Of a stretch of 64,000 nt of DNA, positions 35,450 through 44,090 are shown piece after piece. Under the pieces are notes generated by a model. The model was given only the letters and a program-made list of their open reading frames with translations, was not told where the DNA came from and ran no database searches. The position numbers were made by a program, and so were the translations under genes. The DNA is from Saprospiraceae bacterium (GTDB taxonomy: Bacteria; Bacteroidota; Bacteroidia; Chitinophagales; Saprospiraceae). Each line of letters starts with the position of its first letter. The stretch's first letter is position 1. The stretch lies in the NCBI GenBank assembly GCA_041736625.1, contig JBGSTG010000137.1, positions 36,896 through 100,895 on the forward strand, read 5' to 3'.

Positions 35450-36955
35450 TCACTCAACCCAGCCCGCCCCTTTCGCTTGTTCCAGTCTTTGCCACTCACC
35501 GTCTACTATGGCGCAGCCGAATTTGAAAATATATTGGTCCATGCCATGATCATCTACCACCCCTGTTTCAAACGCCGTCCCGTAACTCGCGCCGCTAAAT
35601 TCCTGAGGTGAGGTATCTAAAAAGTGGGTAGAGGCCTTAATGGATGTTTGCACAGCCTCCACGGACTGTCGAATCGCTTCCTGTGTGCGTGTATCCAGGT
35701 CCGCAAAACGCTGTTCGTGACCGGCATCCTCCTCCATGGTGTCATACCGACCCATAAAATGTCCGGCATCAAACAGACGAGGGGCTCCACCCAAGTGCTG
35801 AAAACCCAATAGTTGGGGTGGCAGTTGTGTTACGATATCCAGATGGTTGATGTGCAGGAAAGTTATATCCTCCAACAACGCATTATAGACCTCCCTGAAT
35901 TCCCGGTTGCCTACCCGGGGTGAGCCGAACACGTAAACACCAGCCACCGGGTAGTCGCCCAATGCCAAACGATGGGCTGCCAGCTGTGCCAGTGCAGCCC
36001 CCAGGCTGTGCCCGCAAACAAATATTTTTTTGTTGGCCCCATGCGCATTTACAGCAGACTGCACATGGGCCCACACGGAATCTAGTGACTGCTGAAACCC
36101 CCGGTGCACCCGACCGCGACCACCGAATGCTTCGGTCTTAAAAAAGTTCACGTCTGCTAGCGCATCTTTCCCACTGCTGGTGCCTCTGAAACAAACTACT
36201 ACATGATTTTCTTTGCCGGCTACAAACGCCTGGGTATCGGTGTCAGCATCTTCTATCCAGTGAAAGGTGCTATACGCCCATTGCCTGACGAGTTCCTCCA
36301 CGTAAGTGGGTTCGAAATAAGCCATGTGTGAGAAATCAGCCAGGGTCATGGCATTTTGCAGGCGGTAGTTGCCCCCTTGTTCATCAAAGCCAAAGACGAC
36401 AGATGGGATCACATCATTGCGGCCATACCGCGCTTTGTTGACCTCCCTGCCCATTTGACGGAGTGACCAGGCCGCACTCGTCCCAACCACGGGACCCCAT
36501 CCGCGGCACACCACTTCCTTGCCGTTCAGGTGCAGGATGGCATCGTCATGCTGCCCCCTGCTTACGGCTACACCAAGCGTTCGGGCATACCGGACTGCGG
36601 CGTCAAATACATCAAATAAGTCCTCCGATTCCTGTTCCGGAATGGGGCCATCGGTATTGACCACATAATGCAGAAACAGATGATCTATGACCGATTCCAA
36701 CGCTGCATCTGCCGACGCGTGTCGAAGCCTATTGCGGAATATGAGCAGCGACTCTGCCAGTTTAGGGTTGTGCGCGTGAATTTCCTTCAGCAGCCGATTC
36801 TGATTGGGCAGAAAGGTGAAGGCCCAGGTAATCTGGCGGATATCTTGCTGAAATAAAGGCAGACTATGTTTTAGTCGGAGCAGTGATTGCTGAATGCTTT
36901 CTTGTGTTGGAACAGGCATAATAAATTTGTTTAATAGCGGTTTCCACAGGTACAA
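35450..36955 (-). CDS. Class-3 (fungal-type) lipase-domain protein with an N-terminal extension of about 230 aa of unknown function
   Basis: VVVCFRGTSSGKDALADV, RVHRGF, nucleophile elbow FVCGHSLGAALAQLAA and VYVFGSPRVGN. No signal peptide is obvious. Confidence 0.75.
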   Translation of the reverse strand: MYLWKPLLNKFIMPVPTQESIQQSLLRLKHSLPLFQQDIRQITWAFTFLPNQNRLLKEIHAHNPKLAESLLIFRNRLRHASADAALESVIDHLFLHYVVNTDGPIPEQESEDLFDVFDAAVRYARTLGVAVSRGQHDDAILHLNGKEVVCRGWGPVVGTSAAWSLRQMGREVNKARYGRNDVIPSVVFGFDEQGGNYRLQNAMTLADFSHMAYFEPTYVEELVRQWAYSTFHWIEDADTDTQAFVAGKENHVVVCFRGTSSGKDALADVNFFKTEAFGGRGRVHRGFQQSLDSVWAHVQSAVNAHGANKKIFVCGHSLGAALAQLAAHRLALGDYPVAGVYVFGSPRVGNREFREVYNALLEDITFLHINHLDIVTQLPPQLLGFQHLGGAPRLFDAGHFMGRYDTMEEDAGHEQRFADLDTRTQEAIRQSVEAVQTSIKASTHFLDTSPQEFSGASYGTAFETGVVDDHGMDQYIFKFGCAIVDGEWQRLEQAKGAGWVE

Positions 36956-36976
36956 TTTAGCTGATGAGACGGGTTT

Positions 36977-37963
36977 CTACCGCCCCCCCAGCCAAGCCAG
37001 CGTCTCGCCCACCGACTGTTCCAAGGGTCTGTACGAGTATCCCAATTCCCGGATGGCCTTCTCACTGGAAAAATCCCAGTAACGGGTGTACTTGCGCACC
37101 AACTCGGGGGTGATCATCGGCGTGGCGCCAAACATACGCGCCATACGGATTTGGGCGTGCGAGAAGGCCAGCAGCATGGGCAAAGGCACACCGTACATCC
37201 GGTACGTCCTCCCACTGACGCGGCCTATCGTGTCGAAAAATTGCCGGAACGATGCATTTTCGCCACCCAGGATGTACCGTTCGCCCGGCCGGCCCTTTTG
37301 CATGGCCAGCAGGTGCCCGTTCACCACATCATCCACGTGCACGTAACTGCCTGTTGACGAGCCGTCTCCCGGCAAAAAGCGAAATTTACCCCGGATGTAC
37401 CGTTGCATGACCACTACCTCGCCATTGCTGTCGCCCAGGGCCCCTGGGCCAAACACGCGGGTGGGATTAACGATGACAACCTCCGGCCCTTCGCCAATGT
37501 TGGAACGGATGTACGCCTCCAGCCTGGCTTTGGAGCGCTCGTAAGCCGTCATGTGTGCCGGATCACCCTGGGCCGACTCGTCCAGCACGCGCCCGGGAGG
37601 GCTGGCGCCCATCACCCCGCCTGTGGAGGTGACCACCACCCGCGCCACACCCGCCTGGCGGGCGGCGTGCAGCACCGACAACCCGCCGAGAAAATTGATG
37701 CGGTCGAATATTTCCGGGTCCGGGGACCACGCCCGCGCAAATGCCGCCAGGTGGAACGCTTTGGAGCAACCGGCAATCGCGACATCAATACTTTCGCGCC
37801 GGTCCAGGTCGCCCGTAAACAAGCGAACCTGGGGGTGTGCGAGCGTGTTTGCCTTTTGTGGGTCGCGCACCAATGCATGCACAAAAAAGCCTTCGTCGAC
37901 CAACCTACTGACCAGTGCGGAGCCAATGAGCCCTGTAGCTCCGGTGACAAATATTTTTTCCAT
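36977..37963 (-). CDS. Extended short-chain dehydrogenase (NAD-dependent epimerase/dehydratase; 3-beta-HSD / dihydroflavonol-reductase-like)
   Basis: MEKIFVTGATGLIGSALVSRL Rossmann motif, catalytic YERSK (YxxxK) and VNPTRVFGPG. 328 aa. Confidence 0.85.
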   Translation of the reverse strand: MEKIFVTGATGLIGSALVSRLVDEGFFVHALVRDPQKANTLAHPQVRLFTGDLDRRESIDVAIAGCSKAFHLAAFARAWSPDPEIFDRINFLGGLSVLHAARQAGVARVVVTSTGGVMGASPPGRVLDESAQGDPAHMTAYERSKARLEAYIRSNIGEGPEVVIVNPTRVFGPGALGDSNGEVVVMQRYIRGKFRFLPGDGSSTGSYVHVDDVVNGHLLAMQKGRPGERYILGGENASFRQFFDTIGRVSGRTYRMYGVPLPMLLAFSHAQIRMARMFGATPMITPELVRKYTRYWDFSSEKAIRELGYSYRPLEQSVGETLAWLGGR

Positions 37964-37966
37964 CCC

Positions 37967-38692
37967 TTATGCCCTTTCGATTTTCATATTCGGGTTAAAG
38001 TACAGGGCAAACACGTCGGCCGACAGGGTAAGTGCCAGATGGATGACCACCACAGCCCAGATGTTGCCCGTGCTCAGGGTGATCCAGCACAACAGGATGC
38101 CTAAGGGTACCGAGCCGATGGTCTCGCCCATGCCTTTGTGGATGTGGGCCAGGGCGTAAACAAGTACATTGACAGCAATCGCCACATACGCGCCCATCAA
38201 AGGCATACAGGCAAACAGAAAAAATCCCCTGAACAGGAATTCGTAGGCCACAATAAAGGCCGAAGAGGCCAGCAGGGAAGAAAATAACAGCGCAGGTGTC
38301 CAGCGCGCCCGACGGATCAGCGGATAAACAGCGTAGTGCGCCGGCCGTCGGGCTTGCAGCCAGTTGACGACCAGCACAAAACCGCCAAAACCCGCCATCC
38401 AGGCGTACGTTGCGTTATGGGTTACAGGCCCTGCCCCAAAGTCGCTGAGCGGCAGGCGCAACCAAAAGACGATCACCCATGCCGGGAGCAGGCCCAGCAA
38501 CAGGAAGCCGGACCATTTGTTGGCCCACAACACATGCCTCGTCTGACCCTCGTCGGCGCCATAACGATCCAACAGGCGGCGTTCCAGCGATACGGAGACC
38601 AGCAGGGCGAGATAAGTCAAAAAACCCACCGTAAAACAAACCAGCGCCGTAAGCGGCGCCAGATAGCGGGCATCCCAGGAAAAATCGACCAT
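37967..38692 (-). CDS. CPBP-family (CAAX/Abi) intramembrane glutamic protease
   Basis: Polytopic membrane protein. AYEFLFRGFFL (EExxxR-like motif 1), YALAHIHKG (motif with His) and VVIHLALTLS. Separated by 3 nt from the SDR gene. Confidence 0.7.
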   Translation of the reverse strand: MVDFSWDARYLAPLTALVCFTVGFLTYLALLVSVSLERRLLDRYGADEGQTRHVLWANKWSGFLLLGLLPAWVIVFWLRLPLSDFGAGPVTHNATYAWMAGFGGFVLVVNWLQARRPAHYAVYPLIRRARWTPALLFSSLLASSAFIVAYEFLFRGFFLFACMPLMGAYVAIAVNVLVYALAHIHKGMGETIGSVPLGILLCWITLSTGNIWAVVVIHLALTLSADVFALYFNPNMKIERA

Positions 38693-38731
38693 AGCATTCC
38701 GTGATTATTGCGCGAAGATAGGTCTGCGTGG

Positions 38732-39415
38732 CTATTTACCGGCTAATTCGACGGCTGGTACTTCCTCCAGAGAAAACGTGTCTATCTCCCGGTCGGATGC
38801 CAGGTGGCACGCATACCCTGCACGCACCGGCACGTGCCGGAGGTGCCACAGCCTGCCCTCCAGTAAAACCTGGTTGCCCAGCGCGTTTACCGTGTCCAAA
38901 GCGTTGTACAGACCGCGGCCCTCTGCCTTGCACACCGCTTCTTTTTTGGTCCAGATGGAAAAAAACAAGTCGACAGGGTCTTCCAGCGTATGCAACAGGC
39001 GCCACTCCTCGGGACACAGGATGGAGCGGAAATCGCGCAGGCGAATCGCCGCCATTTGCTCTACATCGATACCAACCGGGCCCCCATGGGAAACAGCCAC
39101 TACAACCCAGTCACCCGAGTGCGCGATATTGAAATCAGGAAATCCGGTCAGCGACGGGCGCTTGTAGTCGTTCCAGGTTACCTGGTCCAACACATCAGGC
39201 CGGTCTTCCAGCCCAAGTGCCCGGAGCAACAACAGCCGGCCAAAAAACGTTGCCTGCCGGTCGGGCCACCGGACGTACCGGAGGATGCCAGCTCTGGCCA
39301 AAGGCGGAAGCCGGGCCATGTTTTCCGCCCATACGTCTGCGGGGAGCGGCTGGGCATTGCGGCAATACAGGATTTGCATGCTACTAAAAGCGCAAAGGTA
39401 TGGAAGATCGCGCAT
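38732..39415 (-). CDS. Sfp-type 4'-phosphopantetheinyl transferase
   Basis: FNIAHSGDWVVVAVS, GPVGIDVEQ and FFSIWTKKEAVCKAEGRG are the three PPTase motifs. An alternative start is MQILY at 39379. Confidence 0.8.
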   Translation of the reverse strand: MRDLPYLCAFSSMQILYCRNAQPLPADVWAENMARLPPLARAGILRYVRWPDRQATFFGRLLLLRALGLEDRPDVLDQVTWNDYKRPSLTGFPDFNIAHSGDWVVVAVSHGGPVGIDVEQMAAIRLRDFRSILCPEEWRLLHTLEDPVDLFFSIWTKKEAVCKAEGRGLYNALDTVNALGNQVLLEGRLWHLRHVPVRAGYACHLASDREIDTFSLEEVPAVELAGK

Positions 39416-39549
39416 TCAAGGTTTTCCCGATTGGCCAGTTGATTATTTTTTAAACTATTTGTTTTATTTTTGCATTTGAGATACCTGCTTTCGGTGTTAA
39501 AAAAGTCTTTGCAAACCCCCAACACTTAACAACGAAAAAAACTTACCCT

Positions 39550-39729
39550 ATGGAAAAATACCAAAACAAGTACCGCATACCCTCTGCCCGCGCTCAATGG
39601 TGGGACTATGGCTGGAACGGCGCTTATTTCATCACCATTTGCACCCAAAACCGTGAGCATTATTTCGGCAACATCCAGCATGGTCGGATGACGCTTTCGC
39701 CGGTGGGGGTTATTGCCGATGTTTTATGA
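39550..39729 (+). pseudogene. N-terminal fragment (59 codons) of a RayT/IS200-like Y1 (HUH) transposase
   Basis: MEKYQNKYRIPSARAQWWDYGWNGAYFITICTQNREHYFGNIQHGRMTLSPVGVIADVL* matches the conserved N-terminus of REP-associated tyrosine transposase-like proteins. It stops before the HUH and catalytic Tyr motifs, and no continuation is seen in any frame. A TAttTTTG box lies at 39465-39472 upstream. Confidence 0.6.
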
Positions 39730-39811
39730 CGCTGTTTGATGATGCAATTTATCCCCAATCCAAAAAAACAAGCCAGCCGATTGGTAATAATTCCGTACTT
39801 ATCTTTGCCCC

Positions 39812-41137
39812 ATGCAAAATGCCCGTTTTTCAACCCCTGAAACGTTTACCAGAAAGACCTCCGCCGCCCTGTTTGAGGAGGCCAAACGCTACTTCCCCGG
39901 CGGCGTACACTCACCCGTGCGCGCATTCAAGAGCGTAGACGGCCCCCCCGTGTTTTTCACCCGCGGCGAAGGCGCCCACCTCATCGACGTCGACGGCCAG
40001 CGATATGTGGATTTCTGCTGCTCCTGGGGGCCGCTCATCCTCGGCCACGCACACCCCGGTGTGATGGCGCACGTTCTGGAAACCGCCGCCAACGGACTCT
40101 CCTTCGGCACGCCTACTCCACACGACAACCTGATCGGCAAGCTTATTCTCGACAACCACCGTTACATCGAGATGATCCGCTTCGTGAGCAGCGGCACCGA
40201 AGCAGTGATGAGCGCCCTGCGCCTGGCGCGGGGCGTCACCGGCAAGTCCAAGATCATCAAGTTCGAAGGGTGTTACCACGGTCACGTGGACAGCCTGCTC
40301 GTGCAGGCGGGCTCCGGGCTGGCTACCCTCGGCATCAGCACGTCGGCCGGCATTCCGGAGTCGTTCGCCCGCGAGACCATTGTGGTGCCCCTGGCCGAAC
40401 CCGACCTGCTGGACAAGGCGCTGCAGGAGCACGGACACGACGTGGCCGCCATCATCGTGGAACCCATTCCGGCCAACAACGGGTTGCTGTTGCAAGACAC
40501 CTCCTTTTTGAAATGCCTGCGTCTGAAAGCATATAAATACAATGTGCTGCTCATTTTCGACGAGGTCATCTCCGGGTTCCGCGTGGGCTTCGAAGGCGCG
40601 GCCGGACTGTACGGCATCCAGCCCGACATCATCACCTTCGGCAAGATCATCGGCGGCGGCATGCCGGTGGGCGCCTATGCTGCGAGCGCGGCGATCATGC
40701 GCCACGTTGCCCCCGAAGGACCCGTGTACCAGGCCGGCACCCTGAGCGCCAACCCCGTGGCCATGGCCGCCGGATACGCCACCCTGAGCGAGCTGCTCCG
40801 GCCGGGCGTGTACGAAGAGCTGCGCCAAAAAACAGCCTGGTTCACCAGCGAGTTGCAGGCGTACTGCGACCAAAAAGGCTACGAAGCCACCTTCCCGCAC
40901 GTCGGCTCCATTTTCTGGCCGACGTTCACGCGGGAACACCTCCGAAAGTCCTCCGAGATCAAGCCGGAAGGGATGTCGCTGTTCAAAACCATGCACCTGG
41001 AATGTTTGAAACGGGGCGTGTATTTCGGGCCGTCGGGGTATGAGGTGGGATTTATTTCCACGGCGCATACGGAAGAAGACTTGACTTACGCGATGGAGAT
41101 GATTGCCAAGGCGTTGGATATTGTGTTTTCCAATTAA
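39812..41137 (+). CDS. hemL: Glutamate-1-semialdehyde 2,1-aminomutase
   Basis: LFEEAKRYFPGGVHSPVRAF, GPLILGH, IKFEGCYHGH, LIFDEVISGFR, ITFGKIIGGGMPVGAY and YQAGTLSANP. 441 aa. Confidence 0.93.
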   Translation: MQNARFSTPETFTRKTSAALFEEAKRYFPGGVHSPVRAFKSVDGPPVFFTRGEGAHLIDVDGQRYVDFCCSWGPLILGHAHPGVMAHVLETAANGLSFGTPTPHDNLIGKLILDNHRYIEMIRFVSSGTEAVMSALRLARGVTGKSKIIKFEGCYHGHVDSLLVQAGSGLATLGISTSAGIPESFARETIVVPLAEPDLLDKALQEHGHDVAAIIVEPIPANNGLLLQDTSFLKCLRLKAYKYNVLLIFDEVISGFRVGFEGAAGLYGIQPDIITFGKIIGGGMPVGAYAASAAIMRHVAPEGPVYQAGTLSANPVAMAAGYATLSELLRPGVYEELRQKTAWFTSELQAYCDQKGYEATFPHVGSIFWPTFTREHLRKSSEIKPEGMSLFKTMHLECLKRGVYFGPSGYEVGFISTAHTEEDLTYAMEMIAKALDIVFSN

Positions 41138-41144
41138 GCAAAAC

Positions 41145-44003
41145 TTATTCGCCAAAGATTTCTTCCAGCGTTAGTTCCCGCACTTTGCCGATGGTCTTCA
41201 AAAACGCAAAATCCACCCGCTCCCGATCACCCAACACCAGCCACGTGTAATGGCGTCCTTTGATGTGCCGGGCCTGGTAATCGACCAGGGCATCGGATGT
41301 GGCTTGCTGTAAAAACCGGTATTTGTCTTCTCGCAAGTCATGCTGGTAACCGCGTTCGCGCACGCTGCGCCAGTTCCAGTACAAGTCGGCCCGGTTAATT
41401 CGGGAAGCGGCGATTTGTTTGAGCACGCTTTGGCGGGCGAACGACATCTGCGATGGTGATACCGGCATATTTTCCAGTATGGACTGGAAAGCGTTTACGG
41501 CCTCGCGAAGCTTGTCGGGCTGGGTGCCTACGTAGGCCCGCATAAAATGCGCTCTGTTTTTGCGGTCGGGCACGCCGGAATAGGCGTAGGCCGAGTAGGC
41601 AAGCGCTTTGGACTCCCGGATTTCCTGAAACACAATCGATGAAAGGCCGAAACCAAAGTACTGATTATACCAGTCGGACAGGATGTACTCGTTCAGGTCA
41701 AATTTCGGAGTACCCTTGGAGAGCAGCATCAATTCGACCTGCACCATGGGGAAATGCACGAACAACACGCGGTCTTGCCGCACGCCCCTTTCCGGAAATC
41801 GACGGGGCGGAATAGGCGGCAGCGGTTTGCCCGGTTGAGGCGCATATTTTTTCAAAGGTGCTGCCGCCGCCCGCGCACCCAGGGGACCGGTGTAGAACAA
41901 CTCGTGGCGATACGCCAACAGGCCGCGCAGCAGTCCGGTAAGCTCCTCTGCTGTGCGTTTTTTCAGTTCTTCTTTAGTCAGGCGGTTGGTAAACGGCGAC
42001 ACCGGGCCGTAGTGTGCAAAGTTGAGCATCCCCTTTTGCAGAATGGCCTTTTTGTCTTTTTTGTCGTTTTCCCGGCGTTGCAAGATGTCGGCCACCAGAT
42101 TGTCCAACGCTTCAGTGTTGGGCCTGGCATGTGCCATGAGGTGGAAGAGCAACTCAATGCCTTCGGCGTACGACTTGCTTAATCCACTGATTGTCAGATA
42201 AAAATACTCGTTGTGGCAGCTGGCAGAAAATTGCACGCCCAGGCGAAAAAAGGCCTGCTGCATTTCGGCAGCTGTGTATTGATCGGTACCCAGGAAGTTG
42301 AGGTACTGGGCGGCAATGCTCAAGCGGGGGTCGCTGTTTTTACCCATATCGAAGGTAAAGAACAGGCGGAAAAGCCCGCTTTCTTTGTCCTGCACTACCT
42401 TCAGTCGTTGCCCGGGCCTCAACGAAGCATGCTGAAATGCCTTTTTGAAATCCACGAATTGCGGCTCAATATCGGGCATAGCTTCTGCCAAAAAATCGCG
42501 GGCGAAGACCGAGTTGTCCTGCCGGTTCACCTCCACGGGCGTGATTTCGGGTTTATCCACCTTCATCACATTGGAATCGGGGCCGTGGTGTTTGTACACC
42601 GCTACGTAATTGTCGGTGCGCAGGTGCTCGGTGGCAAATCGCATCACCGTTTCGGCTGTTACCTGTTCCAGCATTTTCCAGCGTTCGACCACCTGTTTCC
42701 AGTCCAGCCCGAGCACAAACGCGCTCGTGATCGTACCAGCGCGTCCTTCGTTTTTTTCGAAGGCCTTCATTTCTCCGAGCTTTAAGTCATTTACGACGGC
42801 CTCCGGCAGCCAGGCTTCGAACCGGCCTTCGCGCAGGTGAGCGACTTGCTGGAGCAGCAGGGTCTCCAGTTGCTCCAGGGTTTGGCCTTCGCGGGGTTTG
42901 GCGTGCAGCACCAGGCTACTGTAGTCTTCGTAGGTACGGTGGTATGCGTAAGCCTCCAGCACTTGCTGGTTTTGGGTGAGGTTGATGTCGAACAGGCCTG
43001 CCTGGTCGTTGTACAACGTGCCTGAAAGCAGCGGGAGCAGACGCGCTTCCGGCGACGCGGCGCCCGGGAATCGCCAGGCCAGCTCCACCCAGGAGGCCTC
43101 GTTGCCGTACACCTCGCGTTGCACACGGGCGGTCATGGGCGGCTGCAGGGCTACCTGAAACTTCGGGATGGGCTTGGTCGGAAAGTGGCCAAAATATTTG
43201 TTGGCCAACTGCAGTGCCTCCTGGGGGTCAAAATCGCCGCAAAGGATCATGGCCATGTTATTCGGCACATAGTACGTGTCGAAAAACCGGTAAATATTGG
43301 TCTGTGAAGGGTTCTTCAGGTCTTCGCCGCGGCCCAACGTGGTCTGGGTGCCGTAGGGGTGGGTGGGGGTGAGCACTTCCTGCTGGGTTTTCATGACCTT
43401 GCGGAAGTCGCGATCCTGGCTGATGTTGTACTCTTCAAACACCGTTTCCAATTCGGTATGAAACAGGCGTAGCACCGGGCGGCGGAACCGCTCGCTCTCC
43501 AGTTGGAACCAGCGCTCCAGCTCGTTGGCGGGGATGTCGTTGAGGTACACCGTTTGCTCCACCCACGTGTAGGCGTTGGTGCCCTTGGCGCCCATGGCGC
43601 TCACCAACTTGTCGTATTCATTGGCGGCGGCATAACGCGCGGCTTCTGACGACAAGCTGTCGATCTCCGCATACAAGGCTCTTTTCTTCGCCGGATCCAG
43701 CTCGGCCCGGTGTTGCTCAAAAAGTTGCTCAATGCGGTCGAGCAATGCTTTTTCTTTTTCCCAGTCCAGCGTGCCCATGCGGTCGGTCCCTTTGAACATC
43801 ATGTGCTCGAAGTAGTGGGCGAGACCGGTCGTTTCGGCGGGGTCGTGCTTGGAACCTACCCGCACGGCGATCTCCGTGTACACACGAGGCTGTTCTTTAT
43901 TGACGGAGAAAAAAAGGCGCAATCCGTTCGGCAAAGTATATTGCAAAACGTGAATGGGATCGTGCGGTACGGTGTGGAACAACGAATGGGCGGCTGCGTT
44001 CAT
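41145..44003 (-). CDS. M16-family (insulinase/pitrilysin-like) zinc peptidase, double-length form
   Basis: GLAHYFEHMMFKGT (HxxEH zinc motif) near the N-terminus, followed by a second degenerate M16 half. 952 aa. Confidence 0.85.
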   Translation of the reverse strand: MNAAAHSLFHTVPHDPIHVLQYTLPNGLRLFFSVNKEQPRVYTEIAVRVGSKHDPAETTGLAHYFEHMMFKGTDRMGTLDWEKEKALLDRIEQLFEQHRAELDPAKKRALYAEIDSLSSEAARYAAANEYDKLVSAMGAKGTNAYTWVEQTVYLNDIPANELERWFQLESERFRRPVLRLFHTELETVFEEYNISQDRDFRKVMKTQQEVLTPTHPYGTQTTLGRGEDLKNPSQTNIYRFFDTYYVPNNMAMILCGDFDPQEALQLANKYFGHFPTKPIPKFQVALQPPMTARVQREVYGNEASWVELAWRFPGAASPEARLLPLLSGTLYNDQAGLFDINLTQNQQVLEAYAYHRTYEDYSSLVLHAKPREGQTLEQLETLLLQQVAHLREGRFEAWLPEAVVNDLKLGEMKAFEKNEGRAGTITSAFVLGLDWKQVVERWKMLEQVTAETVMRFATEHLRTDNYVAVYKHHGPDSNVMKVDKPEITPVEVNRQDNSVFARDFLAEAMPDIEPQFVDFKKAFQHASLRPGQRLKVVQDKESGLFRLFFTFDMGKNSDPRLSIAAQYLNFLGTDQYTAAEMQQAFFRLGVQFSASCHNEYFYLTISGLSKSYAEGIELLFHLMAHARPNTEALDNLVADILQRRENDKKDKKAILQKGMLNFAHYGPVSPFTNRLTKEELKKRTAEELTGLLRGLLAYRHELFYTGPLGARAAAAPLKKYAPQPGKPLPPIPPRRFPERGVRQDRVLFVHFPMVQVELMLLSKGTPKFDLNEYILSDWYNQYFGFGLSSIVFQEIRESKALAYSAYAYSGVPDRKNRAHFMRAYVGTQPDKLREAVNAFQSILENMPVSPSQMSFARQSVLKQIAASRINRADLYWNWRSVRERGYQHDLREDKYRFLQQATSDALVDYQARHIKGRHYTWLVLGDRERVDFAFLKTIGKVRELTLEEIFGE

Positions 44004-44090
44004 AGAGCGAAAGGATGATCAGGGGGAACAATGGAATACTTGGAAAATGTCAGCATCAGAATAAGAACAGGTAGCTTCATGCCTCTTCGG

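Noticed and set aside
39911-41155. 414-aa ORF antisense to hemL
   Set aside because: hemL is unambiguous on the plus strand. The antisense product has no recognisable features.
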